This document shows positions 10,455-24,200 of a stretch of 64,000 nt of DNA, in pieces. The stretch is from positions 682,001-746,000 of the forward strand of contig JAMWBK010000013.1 of NCBI GenBank assembly GCA_029953675.1. The letters are read 5' to 3'. Below the pieces are notes generated by a model. The model did not search any database and had not been told where the DNA came from. It worked only from the letters and a program-made list of their open reading frames with translations. Position numbers and translations under genes: made by a program. The DNA is from Rhodosorus marinus CCMP1338 (lineage: Eukaryota > Plantae > Rhodophyta). Within the stretch, counting starts at the first letter, position 1. Each line of letters begins with the position of its first letter.

Positions 10455-12810
10455 TTTTGGCGTTGTCTTAACACCACTATGCGAAGGCGCCGGATGCTGT
10501 TCTTCGCTGCAGAGCTTCGCTAGTGATTTTACGATGACAGACATAATAGACTGGTCGTCCGGACGCCTTCATGAAAGTCCTCGTCGCTAGGAGCCAAGAG
10601 AGGGAGAGAGCAAATAAATGCTGGATGTAATCATTTCTTTTGATTCGTGCGAGCTTGACGGAAGAGACTGCGATAGAAATCCATCCTCTAGCGATATCTA
10701 AGTTTACTACCGACCTCCCGCTCGGGCTTTTGTCCTCTGATTTCTCCTCGCCGGATGAAAACCTGTTGAGGCACACGTTTCACTATGTTGAAACGAGAAA
10801 ACCGCGCATCTCAATGCTAAAGTATCTCCGCCGGCAAGTGGAACGTCTAGTGAGACCGTCCTTGCTCATATCGATGACTATGAGTGCGAATCGGTCAACA
10901 CGAGCGTCCAAAGAAGACGGGGATACGATCGGAGATGAGGAGATGCCAACTTGGGTTTGCTCTGGTTTTGAATTCATAGTTTGCCGTCGATTCTGGCGAA
11001 AGATATCAACTCGGTGAAGCAGATAGGCGTTGTAACCGGAGAGGATTACGTGACGCTCATAGAAGGAAGCGGATTAGTCAGTTCCTCGTGGTGCTGGAGA
11101 TGAACGTTGGACGGAGATGCTTCTAGTGTGCTGAACTATCGGATGTGTTGCAAGTCCTTCCCCGGGCCTTGAACGGAATGCCATTCTGCATTTCTCTGTC
11201 GGGTCAGTCCTGTACCAGTCATCATGCTAGGAGTGGATAAGGCAATCATGTCAAGGTGGCACCGAGCACGAGCCTGATAATTCTGCGAGCTGCTCTTCGC
11301 AATTTTCAGTCTGTGTGTGAGTCCGCAAACGGAGTAACCTCGGATAATTGCGGAGCCCATTCTAGAGGACCCTTCTCCAGAACTAGCTATCAGAGCTCCC
11401 ACAATGAGCAGAATCTGCTAGTGGAATCATTGTATCAATGCTTCAGCCCGTGACAGGTCATTCCAGAGCGAGGGCACAAATCAGCAGTCCTCTTTACAAC
11501 GAATTGGCTGACCCACAATGTCCACAAGAGGCCCTTTCCCTTTACATCCGAACATCGCGCAGGTGTGGAACGTTCAACTGCATCATCTGCAGGGAATGGC
11601 ACGCCAACGAGTCCACGATGGCTTTGTTGAAGACAAGCCTTTCGCCACCTCGAGTACCGAAGAGGAGTCCTTCCAGTTCCACACTGTTGTCCCTAATCCC
11701 TCGTAACGTAGACGCCTACAACTCTGCGGCACAAGAAATTGCTCACCACAACTCAGAATGTCCTCCTCGGTGACATCGGAAAACTGATGCGTGAGCCACA
11801 AAAACAAAGATCACCCTTCGACAAGAATTTTCAATCAACTGCCTGGATGAGTTCGTCATCAAGGCCTCCTCTAGAAGAGGCCAGACCCCGACGAACCATA
11901 AGCGAACAACAACAGACAGTCCATCCCTATATGCCAGCGGCACGGAATTCCAACACCGCCAACTCAGAGATGTGAAAAAAAACTGATCGTTTGTGCACTA
12001 CAAAAGTCGATGGTCGACAGGAAAGTTGCTATGGCGAGGAAAACGATAAGCCTTGGGAAGTCACTGCAGATCCGACGAACCCGGTCATTTCCATCCAACA
12101 TCCACCCCACCCCCCCCGCCCCCCCCTTCACCCCCAAAAAACACCAAACACCTTATAGTACAGAATACTAACACAACAAACGCGTGAACTAGGATTCTAT
12201 CAACGCAAAACATGCGGACAACAATGTTCATAAATATTTCAACAAAACACGAGTTTGAGGCAAAGGGTTCGACACCACCTACAGCAGTTTAGAACGGGGC
12301 CAAAAAGATAATGGCCATGATTACTATTTCAACCGGCCAAAATCGATCTCAAGAATGCCAAATGTTCCCGATAATGAAAATTCGTTGTTTTTATAAGGCC
12401 CGGTGGCCTTCAGATGACTAGACAAATGTTACTGGGATTCGAGCTCCTAGTAGTGAAAACTGGTAGTTTTTATTGGGCCAGGTGAGTCAGGCGGAGTAAA
12501 CAAATGTTACGAAGGTTCTGGCCGGGTTTTTACTATATAAACAGCGCTGTTGGTTTGGGAGTGTGAAGAGGATCCAATGGAGGGGTATGGAGGAGAGGAA
12601 GGGCCTGACTTGTATTTAACCACAATTATATTCGTTGAATAGAAAGGACTGTTTGTTTTTGTAACTGTTGAAGATTTGGAAGAAGGTTATGAAGTTTGGT
12701 TGTGTGAGCGTGAACTTAAATGTCACAAAGGTTTAGTTTCTGACGGGGTTTGTAGGTTCCTCTAGAGCTTCTGTTTGTTTGCTCGTGGATTTGTTGGATA
12801 GTGTTGACGC

Positions 12811-14724
12811 ATGGATTGGTTTAGAGATCGGAGTGCCCTTGCTGCAGATTATTTGAGACAATTAGATCGGTATGATGAGGCTCCTGGATTTTTGAGGCAG
12901 ATGTTTTCCTCGCAACAGGATTGGCTGAGTCGTTTTGATCCGGACGAGGACGATATGGTGGACCACGGGGTAACAGAGGAGATGTTCGGAACCAATCGTT
13001 ATCAGGAATTGAAAAATGAGATTGACCATAGGGGAAAAGGTAAGAGCGAGAATACCATCTGGCGCTGTCCGGACAATAAGAGTGACTGTGTTCTGTTTGC
13101 TGCGACTTAGGCTTAGCGAAGCAGCCAACTTCAAAGCTCGTCAGGGAGAGAGAAACAGGAAGCGCAAAATACGCGCAGGAAACCGGTGCCCATCGAACAC
13201 AAATGCTCGACAACTTCTTGCCAACGTACTTTAGACGCGTTGCAGCTAGATATAGAGTTCGCGTATACAACGGAAAGTTTTCAAACGATGGATCGCTTTT
13301 CATAACTGCAAGTTTTGATAAGAATATCCGCGTATACGAGACTAATCCTCACGAAGATGCTGAATGGAATCTTGTTCAACGAGTACCTGCCCCGAGCTTT
13401 CAGTGGACAATCACTGATACCGACGTTTCACCAGACAAACGGTCCTTGGTCTTTTCGTCGTTGACGCCAGAAGTAAACTATGTAAGTCGGCAAATCAAGG
13501 AAGCCCTATTACGCGCACTGCAAAACTGGCCAAATTGCTGACGTGTTCAGTCCTCGTCGGTGGACTAGGTCGAGCTCTCCGAGGGGAGCGAGGCGAGGAC
13601 ACTGGACTTCACTGGATTGGATAATGCGGGAAGGGGGATATATGGTCTTCGGTACTCAAACGATGGGGAAGAAGTTATTGCGGGCGGCTCGGACGGGAGC
13701 ATTATGGTGTACAACCTCCATCGTGATGGATTGAATGTAGACATTAAGGGGCACTACAATGACGTTAACTCTGTTTGTTTTCTGGACGGCATTGGTATGT
13801 GAATGCACGTCCCTTCCTTTCCCGCTAGGTGCTTTTGAACCGCTGTAATAGCGAACGAAGGTGGTAGCTTGAGCTGAATATGTGAAAATATGGTTCGCTT
13901 TTCAGGTGACCTGTTGGTATCCGGTTCTGATGATACCCTCTGCAAGTTGTGGGACAGAAGAGAGTTTTCGTCGGAAAGACCCTGCGCTGTTTTCGATGGT
14001 CATGCTGATGGGATCACCCACGTCTCACCGAAAGGTGACGGGCGGTATTTCATATCCAATGCAAAAGATCACTCAATCAAGCTATGGGATATCAGAAAGT
14101 GCAGCTCCAACACTCGCGACCTCGGTAGAAGGCGACGCAGGTCGTACTACAGATACCGTTCGGTGGTTAGTCCCGGTCTAAATCCAAGCAATGAGGTTGG
14201 TCCCTGCACGCTTCATGCTCCAGGCCCTCAGGGTACCTCTGCGAACTCGCAGGAGTGCCCTACTGGTTGGAAAGGTAGCGAAAAGATTTCTTATCAACCG
14301 TCTACTGGTCCCGTCGCGTTTTGCTCTCATCCTCAGGTTTCGGTAATGACGTACACAGGGCACAAGGTCCACGACACACTGATAAGGGCAAACTTTTCCC
14401 CGTTGGAGACCACACTGCAGAAGTACATCTACACAGGCTCGTACGAGGGAACAGTGTACGTGTACGATGTTTTAACAGGAAAGGTACGATCACGATTTTG
14501 ATTGTCGTCCTCTGGGATCCCGTTTCTTGTCGCTGACTAGTTTTTCGTCTTCGCCGTAGACCGTAGCTGAGATGGCAGGGCATTTCCAACCAGTGAGGGA
14601 CGTCAGCTGGCATCCAAATCTTCCCCTATTGTGCAGCTCCGGGTGGGACGGCATGATCTTGCTGTGGGGACCAAAAATCACCCGTGTTCCGGGTGATCCG
14701 ATTTACTCTGACTTCACACTTTAA
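12811..14724 (+). CDS. DCAF11: DDB1-CUL4-associated WD40 protein DCAF11/WDR23 (LEC14B-like), multi-exon
   Basis: VYNGKFSNDGSLFITASFDKNIRVY..WTITDTDVSPD; GHYNDVNSVCF; LVSGSDDTLCKLWDRR; GHADGITHVSPKGDGRYFISNAKDHSIKLWDIRK; MTYTGHKVHDTLIRANFSP..QKYIYTGS; GHFQPVRDVSWHP are characteristic of the family. Confidence 0.92.
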
Positions 14725-15057
14725 TTTTAAGTTATACGTAGAAGCGGCTAGAGGTAACCTCTAAGAATAAATAGACTAGTATGCCTTCTGATCCAACCGA
14801 AAACTGGATGCGGCTCAAATAACCCAACGGTTCGCAACCCAGTCCTCTCCTCGCTGCTGGGCACCTTCATCAGGAAAGCACGATCTGAGCGTGTGTTTCA
14901 ACAATCGCCGGTATCGGGTGACTTCTTTAGCTGTGAAACTCGCCTGCTCGTCCGCAACTCTCTTTAAGTTTGACTTCGCTTGCTCCTATTCCCCTTTCCG
15001 GTCGGCAACCTCCTCGGACATCAAGAGGCAGCAAATCCGAAACACAAACTTAGACAC

Positions 15058-16308
15058 TCACAGATTTGTCAAATGCCTTCCAATGTACTTGTGCATCTCA
15101 AAAATCCCCACTCGACTCTCCCCAAACACGTCCTGTAGTCGAGCATCGCAAATTATTTTCCTCCCATCTGAGGGGTCCTTCAAATTATTCTTCCGAATGT
15201 ACACCCATATTGCTTTGACAACCTCCGTTCTTGACAGAATATCAGCTTCACAAACAAACGCCATCTCCTCACTTAATTTCATCGGCTTCGTCAGTCCTCC
15301 CCCTTTGCCGCCTTGTCCACCAGAGCCTATAAGCGAGACACACGAGGAATTCAGAAAATAGGCTCGCGATATTCCAAAATTTTCGCCATGACCCCGGTCC
15401 CACTCTGCCATAGACCAGCGCTTCCAATGTCCTTTGATTATGACTATGTCCTACATACCTTTGGCCTTCTTCCTCTTTTTAGCCGCCTTGGATTCGCCAT
15501 TGCTCGTCGCGGGAAGTGCTGCAAGAACCTTGGCTTCGTAGGCTCTTGCTTCTTCCTGGGTCTCCTCATCACACTCGTCCGGCTTTATAATGAGCGGAGC
15601 CATGTACTTGTTGATTGAGAACATTGAAAAGGTCTTCGTCTTTAGGACTTTGCGCATCGTATCGTCGCTTAAATACTCCCTTCTATCCTTGGGATTCTTC
15701 TCAAGTCCGTGCTTTTCAATGTACGCCTTCACATGCCGTGGCAGTTTGCACCGAGATACTACCCTGACCCCAAGCGCCTCAGCAAGAGGGTCCTTCAACA
15801 CGACAGCCTTCTCAAACGCGGTCAATTTTCTTCTCTTGGCAGCTGCAAAGCGATTCGAAATTAATGAAAAAATGCACAATATTAGCCGATGAAGGCCAAG
15901 CAGTCCTCCAACAGTAACTAAAACTAGCCCAGGTGATATCAGGCGCTTACGTTTGGGCGAATCCTCTACATCCTCCTCTTCCTCATCCTCCGCTTCCTCC
16001 TCTATTTCTTCAATCACGACCTCTGATCCAGAACTCTCAGCAGCTTCTTCTTCTTCAACGACTTCCTCCTCCTCTTCCTCCAAGCTCGCGTCTTCTGGCT
16101 CCTCCTTTGCCTCCTTCCTCTCCTCTATAGTGTCCATAAGCCGAACCAACTCTACTCGAATGAAGCTCTTTTTCCCCTCAAGATCATCATTAGGAAACCT
16201 CGACGCCAGCTGCTGCATCACAGATCTTACAGTGGTCACCTCAAGATCCGCCTCAGTAAGAATTTCCTCCAAGGCTCCAATGAGCTCTTCATCTGAAACA
16301 GAACCCAT
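15058..16308 (-). CDS. DEK-C + two SWIB/MDM2 domain protein (UAF30/Tri1-like)
   Basis: N-term SDEELIGALEEILTEADLEVTTVRSVMQQL (DEK_C); acidic linker; SWIB1 LKDPLAEALG..SRCKLPRHVKAYIEKHGL.NPKDRRE..SD; SWIB2 GGLTKPMKLSEEMAFVC..LSRTEVVKAIWVYIRKNNLKDPSDGRKIICDARL; two introns. Confidence 0.9.
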
Positions 16309-17745
16309 GATTTCTTCAAACCGCTCCCACCCCCCACTGCCAGAGAAAACTTCACAAATGATATCTCAACAGCTCCAAACTCCCCCTCATCATTCACGTA
16401 TACAACCAATCAATCCTACAAAACTCTTTTTATACTCTCTCTCTCTCTCTCTGTCCTCCCCTTCATTCCCTCACTCCACTCCACAGATCTCCACAACCTC
16501 CCCAACCGCCCCCAATTCCCTTTTATCAAACACCATATCCTTTTTTTCCGCTTCTCAACCCATCCGCGTTTTCCTTCAGCTTTCTCTTGCTCGCGTCACT
16601 CCTTCCACTTTTTTCCCGAGGTCCAGAAATCCAAAGAAAAAAAACACAAACAAACATCTTCCGCGATAAGGACAAAATATCACCCCCCCTTTTGAGATAT
16701 AGACTTTCCGTATATCTTTTAAAAAATTACGAATAAAGAGCTCCAAGGTTTGTCCACTCATCCCTTGTCTCCATGTCAAAAATAATCATAGACAAAGAAA
16801 TACCCATCTATTGTATTGCTCCAAAGGTTAGGGGGGGAAGGTAGGAACTTTTTGCCTCTTCGGGAGCGTTTTTGCGAAATTTTTGAGGTAAGATCTCTGA
16901 CCAGACCGTCCCAAAATAACTGCTACATTATATATTCAAAATTTGTTCGATTGCATCGTATCACTAAAAATATGGATTTTCTATAAAATAATATTATTTC
17001 GTTTAAAATTGGGGTCCTAAAGAGTTTGTGTTGTGAAAGATTTAATGACAACCGAATAATTTAGAAATAAAAAATGATGAAAACAATAACTTTATGCGTA
17101 CTCACTCCAAGATGGAGAACAAAAACAGCTTTTTGTAACTAGTATTTTGGGACACGGGGAGAACGTTAATTTGTGGTGGCGTTTACTCCCTAACCGTTTC
17201 GGATTTTAGAAGAATGACCTTCCACTTCCCCGCCCTGCCTCAAAACACTGCAAAAGTTGACTATTTCATCCAACCCAGTGATATCCAGAGGGGTAGAATG
17301 CCTGGACTCACGAACAAAAAGAATAAAAAAAAATTAGATGCACTTAGGACGGCAATATTTAATCCCAAACCTGCCTGGCGCTGGAATACTAAAGCTTTGT
17401 TTTTAAAAACAATTCACGAATGATGGATGGAAAATAGATTGATATGGAATATTTGACTGATATTCTGACTGAATATTTATGTGTTTGTTCCCTAATTCTT
17501 GTCATGAAACGAAGCTCAGAGTCGCGTGTACAGACCAGGAATGTAGCCCTGGCGCTCACGGAAGAGCAGTCTTTGAGCATTGACGATCCCATATGATAAA
17601 CAGAATGGTGACACAGCTTCAGTATGCTACCGGCTACATAATGTTGGTAAGGTGCTTGACCGGTTGGGGTAACTCAACTAGTCAATATGTTTCATTGGGT
17701 AGATATTATTGTTGAACGGGACTTCTCGGGGCCTGAGTGTCAGCT

Positions 17746-18070
17746 CTATTGTTGAGCAGCGCCTTTGGGGGTGGGAGCGTTCACCGTCGATGTAGGTCGG
17801 ATGTACTGACGCTGCCCCGAATTTCCGGCCCCAAAGTAGAGCTCCCTCCTCGTGGACGGAGTGCTTTCGCAGAAGCCGGTCTTATGAAGCAGGTCGTTCC
17901 ACACCGCTGAAAACGGCCAGTACAGCCGCCTCTGTCTCTTGGGACGCCACGAAGCAGCCACTGAGCAGCGTGCCGCAGAACGACTCTGATGATTCAACGC
18001 CAGAACCGTTTCGACCCCATCCAAAACGAACCCAACCTTCAAAAATACCGAAACTCCCTAAAAAAGACAT
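17746..18070 (-). CDS. Candidate small, possibly plastid-targeted protein of unknown family
   Basis: 98-codon open frame ..VGFVLDGVETVLALNHQSRSAARCSVAASWRPKRQRR.. behind a G/T-rich leader; nearest ATG (18070) is out of frame by 1 nt across a T5 run. Confidence 0.35.
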
Positions 18071-18900
18071 CTTCTAAACCAAAACATGACGCTTCTCCCC
18101 CCCAAACAATTCAAAATAGTCCATAAAATACAACAAAATGAAACAAGAAAACACCGCATCGGTTCCAAAGCCAACCAAATCAAGCGTCAATATCAATCAA
18201 TAAGACACCCCAAGATAAATAAAGCATACAATAACCATCACATAAAAATATAAAATATAATCTTAATAGATTGAATCTAGTCAATTAAATTTCTTCTTAA
18301 ATACATTCATGCGAGAAAGTCTCCCGTCTCGACTTGAGGAGCTCTTTTTTTTCCGAGCAAAAAAGGCGCCAATTTTTTAAATGTGGACGCGAGGAGACGA
18401 AAAGGATGAAAGGGATGGGTTTTGGGGGGAGAGGAGAGGAGAGGGGGCAAGGGGAAGGGGGAGGGGGTGGGGAGGTTGGTGTGAAGGATGGAGAAGGCTT
18501 GATTGATCAGTAGAATGTTTAGATGGATTAAACAGTAAGATCGGAGAGGAAGGGATGGGGAGGGTTGAGGGTTTTATTGAGATGAATGGCTTGGGATTTG
18601 AAGTAAGGTTGTGCGGGGTTTTTGGTTTAGGGGTTTAGGATGGGTTAGGGAAGGAAGGTTAGAGGGGAAGGGCACATTTATGGAGCTGCTGGTTTAAGTA
18701 GGGATCGTATCGAGGTTGGATCTTGTGGTGGGAAAGGTGGATCTGGATTTGTTTTACAAGTGGGTCCCTTTAGACTATTTATATCGTTTTTGGAGGGTTG
18801 CATTAGCTTTTGAGGAGTGTGGGGATTTCTGTATGGACTTAGAGCAGTGAGGTTCTGTGATTAAGGGGTTTTAGGGGCGGAGTGGGTGTGACTGGTTCTG

Positions 18901-20460
18901 ATGATGGAGGAAGGATCTGTTTATGTGTGTGGGAACGTGACATGGGAGACGAGTTTGATAAAGAACAAGAGGGGGAAGGCGGAGACTGTGTTATGGACTC
19001 CGCATAGGTTGGAGGGAGCGCCCAAAGGCTGGAAAGTAGTTACCGGGAGTTCTTCGTTCCACTGCTTTGTCTTGACGACGAATGGAGAAGCACACGGATT
19101 TGGGAGGAACGGTGCTGGCCAAATCGGCGTTGGCAAGTACAACGCAGCAGTTCATGTCCCACAGAAGGCAAAGGTGGGAAGCGCAGAGGATCCGGTGATC
19201 GATGCGGCATGCGGAAAAGCACACTCTCTTTTTCTTCTGAAGAGCGGAGCCGTTTTTGGCTGCGGCGTAAATGGGTACGGGCAACTGGGCACCGGATCCA
19301 CGTCGGAAAGATGTCATACTCCTGTAAAATGTAAGATCCCTGGCGATAAAAAGGTAAGCAATAATCTATTTCGCCTCGCAGTGTAATGTACTTGAAGATG
19401 ATGCTTATCGCACTGGCCATTGCACCCTCAATTCCGCAGTGTAGAGCTGTTGCCGCTGGTCTTGACTTCAGTCTCGTCCTCACAGAAGATGGAGAAGTAT
19501 ACTCCTTCGGCTGCGGTGAATACGGAAAACTGGGCATAGGGACTGATGGTGCACACAACACATCAGGATCAAGTATCAAGATGGGTTTTCATCCGTTCCC
19601 GACGCCGCGCAAGATTTTGGGACTCGAGGATGTACGTCTAATCGCTGCGGGAAATCACCACGGCCTTGCTGCAACGCGAACAAGAGTGTTCGCGTGGGGA
19701 TACGGTGCATATGGCCGACTCGGACTCGGTTCAACGAAGAATAAGGACGTTTTCAGACCAGAAATGTGCGAGTGCAGCGGCTGGGTGGCCATGGGAAAGC
19801 GAATGGCTGAAGATAAATGTCTATTCAAAAAGCTCGCGGCTGGTAAAGAAAGTTCGCTGGCTGTTCTCAGGGAGAGAATGACCACCTACGCCTGGGGAAA
19901 GGTCAAAGCAGCACAACCTGAGGCTGACATGTACCCAAAGATTCTGCAGGACCTGCAGGTAGGCCGTTCTGACATTTCATGCTCTAGCCAATACCTTCCA
20001 GACCGAGGCGCCCATTGGGGTTTGCTAAAACGTGAGTACGTACTGTTACGGCCAGGGATGGGACATTCGGAGTATCAGCTTGGGTGCTGGATTTATCATG
20101 GTTGCGGCTGATACCAGCGTGATTGCATGGGGAGCCGGAACGGAGGGCAGTTTGGGATTTGGCGATCCGCCCAAGTTTCCAAAGTCGTCAGCTCAGGCGA
20201 GGAAGGTTGAACCACTGGAAGGATTAACTGCTCTGTCGATATCTGCTGGTGCCAACCATACAGTAATGGTACTCAAGGAGACCGAGGATTCGAAGTCAAT
20301 TTTGGACGCCCTCAACGTCCATACACCAGTGAACATCAGTGATGCTGATGTTGGGAACGATGAGGATGATTTCTTCGAAACCGACGGAAGAAAACGGAAG
20401 GGACCTGGAAGAGGGCGAGGACGAGGAAGAGGACGCGGCATCTCTAAGCGTGGTCGATGA
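18901..20460 (+). CDS. RCC2: RCC1-repeat protein RCC2/TD-60-like, 3 exons
   Basis: VYVCGNVTWE..LWTPHRL..VVTGSSSFHCFVLTTNGEAHGFGRNGAGQIGVG; AACGKAHSLFL; FGCGEYGKLG; AWGYGAYGRLG; C-terminal acidic stretch then (GR)n tail. N-terminus matches the RCC2-type G..NW..LW.PHR pattern. Confidence 0.8.
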
Positions 20461-21233
20461 TCTCGCAATCAGCCTCTCTGTTGTTTTTTTTACTTTTAGG
20501 ATAGTTTGTTTTAACTGGAAGTTGGTAGGTTGGCGAGCAAGCACCTGCACCTTGACTCCCTCGACTCTTGGCGGACATCTCGTGCTCGTTGCTTCAACCC
20601 TTGGATAAGGCGCATTACACCGTAGAGAGAGAAGAAGAGCTAATTTGCGAGAGCCTGGGCGTAACCTTCGTTGATGGGCTGGGTGGAGTCCTTCGTGAAA
20701 AGTGGATTGGTCCACCGCGACCACTAGAAGGTCTTCGACGTCGTCACAGGCAGCTAGAACTACGCTCAGCCTTCAGCGTGCTGGGTTTTTGAAAGACGAG
20801 ACGCTGTGTGGTACCAACGAAACGCATGTACAGGACCGGATCTCAAGATGAATGACCTGTGGTCGCCACAGCTCAAGTTTTTGTTGTTGCTTAGACGTCT
20901 TCAGTCTCATGTTCTGTCTTGTCGAGTGTCCACCATCCGAGAGGCAGATGGGACTAGAATGGGACCAGAACGGCACCAGAACCAGACTAGTATCAAGTAA
21001 AATGTGAAGCCGTGAGAATTGAACTTGAGTTGCAGCGTAGAAGACATCAAGACTAATCGTTCGAGCTGGGAAGGCTTGTTTGGGGGCCGGGCGCTGCCTA
21101 GTGGACGAACGCCGTTTGGCACATAATTGTGGCAAAGAAGACGTCATGGGTAGCTCAACTTCCAACGGTCAACGACGTAGCTTTACACCAAGGCCCTGCA
21201 CTTTTCGGCAGAAAAGGCTTGACGCGGATCTAC

Positions 21234-24200
21234 TTAGTAACTGAACGTGTCCTCCATGAGGTTCCTAACCTCCTGCTGATGTTGGTTGGCATTTCCTGTA
21301 GCTGGAGCTGCGGAAGGCAACCGGCCGATGTACGCGATTTTTCTGTTGTCCTTCAGGTGATGGAGCGTTGTCTCAAAGTGTGGACGAACATAACTCCACG
21401 AACCCTGAGTAATGGCACGACGCAATCCCAGACTCAGAGACGTTCAATTCCCAAAGCAGCCAACGGCGACTGGATTCCAGGGTTTCTTCTTACCATATTC
21501 TTGCTCTCTTCTTGGACCCATCTTACTTCAGCTTTTGGATACTGAGCAATGACATCTCGTATTTCGAAGAACGGAAAGGGAGCAAGCTGCTCGACCCTTA
21601 TGAACCTTATATCATTCTGGTTTCGTACAGTTCGCTCTCTTACGAGATCGTAGTAGAGTTTCCCAGAGCAGAATGCCAATCTCTTAACATTCTTACCCTT
21701 GACCACACTAGGATCTGGATCGTCGATCACAGTCTGGAAGCTCGTATCCGCTCCGAAGTCTTTAATACTGCTTCGACATTGGGGATGACGCAGCAGAGAC
21801 TTTGGGGTAAGGAGTATTAACGGCTTTCGAAACTGTTTCGAAAGCAGATTTCAGGTCAGAATCAGATGTGGGCAGAGAACGGCTCGGCTTGACTCGCATA
21901 GCTGCGAACAGGTCAAGCATAAACGGTCGTGGCAATGTAGCTTACCTCGCGACAGACCTGCCGCCGGAGAACGTGAAAGTAGTTCGCCGGAGTGCTTGCA
22001 TTGCAGATCTGCAGATTCGCCTTCTGGATCATCGTGGATGCTTCAAACTCTGTTGGGAACTTGTCTGCATCGCCGTCAACCATCTGCAAGTATCGTTCCA
22101 TGCGAGCCGAGGAGTGTTCCGGGCCTTGTCCTATTGAGCGCACAAAGTAAAATTCTCAGTCTAGCGTCGAATTTAAGAGGCCTGCTTTCCATTTGTACTG
22201 TGGAATCCTTTGCCCGTTCAGTTCCGTCGATTCCGTACCTTCATAACCATGAGGAAGAAGAAGTACAATTCCACTCTGTCTTCGCCATTTCCTTTCCCCA
22301 GCCGCGATGAAAGTATCGAGGATCACCTGCGCTCCATTTGCAAAGTCTCCAAACTGAGCCTCCCACATTACCAAGGCATTCGGATGCTCAAGAGAAAAAC
22401 CCTGCTCAAACCCAAGCACAGCCATTTCAGATAAATTCGAGTTGGCAATCTGCAGCCTGGCTTGCTTTCCCCCCAAGTTGTTTAGCGACGTATACACAGC
22501 TCCGGAGTCCTACAAGCAAATGACGAGTACCACATCACCTTTTCAGGAGTCTGGGCATAAATACTACAATCTAACGCTGCTCGATCGGCACTCCAAGCAG
22601 TACCTGATCATGCCAAACCATGTGTCTCTGTGAAAACGTTCCACGCTCGCAGTCCTGTCCGCTGAGCCTGACCGTTATTTCTTCCTGCTTGAGAATCGTC
22701 CCAAATGCCAAAGCTTCTGCATTTGCCCAGTCAATGCCCGTTCCGAGCTCGATCTGCTCGCGCCTCTCAGACAAGATTTTCTTCAACAGTGGATGAATCT
22801 ACCGGAAACCACAGCTTCAGTGAATATCTCATGCCCCAGCAAGCTTTCAGTTCGTGCTCACCTTAAACCATGGAGGGATCTTCGTATAAGCATTGCCAAT
22901 GGAATGCAGCACTTTCTCGCTCACTCCCGTAGTTTGCGGAATGCTAAGCTCTTTGTTGGATTTGAACATTTCCCATTGCTTGTCCAGGTAGTCTCCCCCG
23001 GCCGGAACATGATCTGCCGAGTCCTTGAACGCTTTCTGCAGGTGGTTCCATTCATCCTCCTCCATTTGCTTCAGCTCTTGCCTTGTTGCAGTACCCTTGA
23101 CACGTTTACAAGCGAAATATAGTAAATCAGCGACATCGAGGAAGACTAAAAACTGCTATCTTTTCAGCGCACTTCATCGACAAGCCTTTGCGTATACACT
23201 TCTACTGGGGTGGGATGCGACTTGATCTTCCTGTACATCAACGGCTGGGTGAACCTAAAAACAGCGTGAAGATAGGAAGACAATTAGGGTCTTGATGGAT
23301 TAGCAAGCGAATTCTGAAATCATAATCAGCTCCCAAGAAACGCACGTTGCCTGATCGAGTTCATTATGCCCATGGCGCCTGTAGCAGAACACATCGACGA
23401 CGACGTCCTTTCTAAACCTCTGGCGATACTCCACTGCCATTCTGCACACCCTCACAACGGCCTCTATTTCAGGACAACCCAGTAGCCGATAGTGATTCAG
23501 ATAATCTGCGAAGATCTGTTTGAAAGTCAAAGCCACCTGGCCCAAAGCCACGGCTAGAAAGCCTACCAACGTCGTCCCCATTCACATGGAAGATCGGTAC
23601 ACCAACAGTCTTGGCCACGTCCGTGGGATAAGGTGACGACCTCGCTGCCCGAGGATCCGTCGTAAATCCTATCTGATTATTCACAATCACGTGAACTGTT
23701 CCTCCGGTTGTATAATCCCTCAAATCACTCAGCTCAAGTGTCTCTGCTACAACTCCCTAACGCAGAAATAGCCCCAAAATTATGCCGCTCGCTTAGCGTC
23801 CAATTGAGCTCTCGCAAGCGCGTTCGCCCTCTTCACTTCGACTTACCTGTCCGGCAAAGGATGCGTCGCCGTGAATTAACAAACCGAGTGTCCTCCTCCT
23901 TTCCTTGTCGTCATTAAAAAACTGCTTCGCTCGGGTTTTCCCAACGACGACGGGATCGACCGCTTCCAAGTGAGAAGGATTGGCCAACAATGAGAAATTT
24001 ATAGTATGTCCTACACATTGAGCCAAAAAACCTTCAGCTCAGAACCAGACGAAAACGAAGGAGAGTTTGGTATTTGTAGGGTCTTTCCACACCATTGGAA
24101 AGTTTCAAAGAGTTGGATACGCCTAGATGGTACTTGACATCCCCAGATCCGAGGTAGTTCTCAAGATCAGGATCTGGGTGAGGTTTGAACTCATACAAAA

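Noticed and set aside
12262-12280. gggttcgacacc, resembling a tRNA T-loop
   Set aside because: No complementary T-stem, acceptor stem or D-arm; no tRNA gene could be built. No rRNA, snRNA or SRP signatures were recognised elsewhere.
14830-15057. Possible extra SWIB-gene exon after a GTGAG donor at the stop codon
   Set aside because: Candidate acceptors lead to a stop within a few codons; treated as 3' UTR.
16433-16452. (CT)n and other microsatellites (also (GCCA)n near 880-900 and (CT)n(CA)n near 48510-48540)
   Set aside because: Ordinary simple repeats in leaders; no further signal.
18600-18670. TTAGGG/TTTAGGG-like words as interstitial telomere
   Set aside because: Scattered within a G/T-rich leader, not a tandem array.
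21480-21520. OGDH motif EESKNM differing from EEPxNx
   Set aside because: This position varies among OGDH orthologs and is not a catalytic residue.
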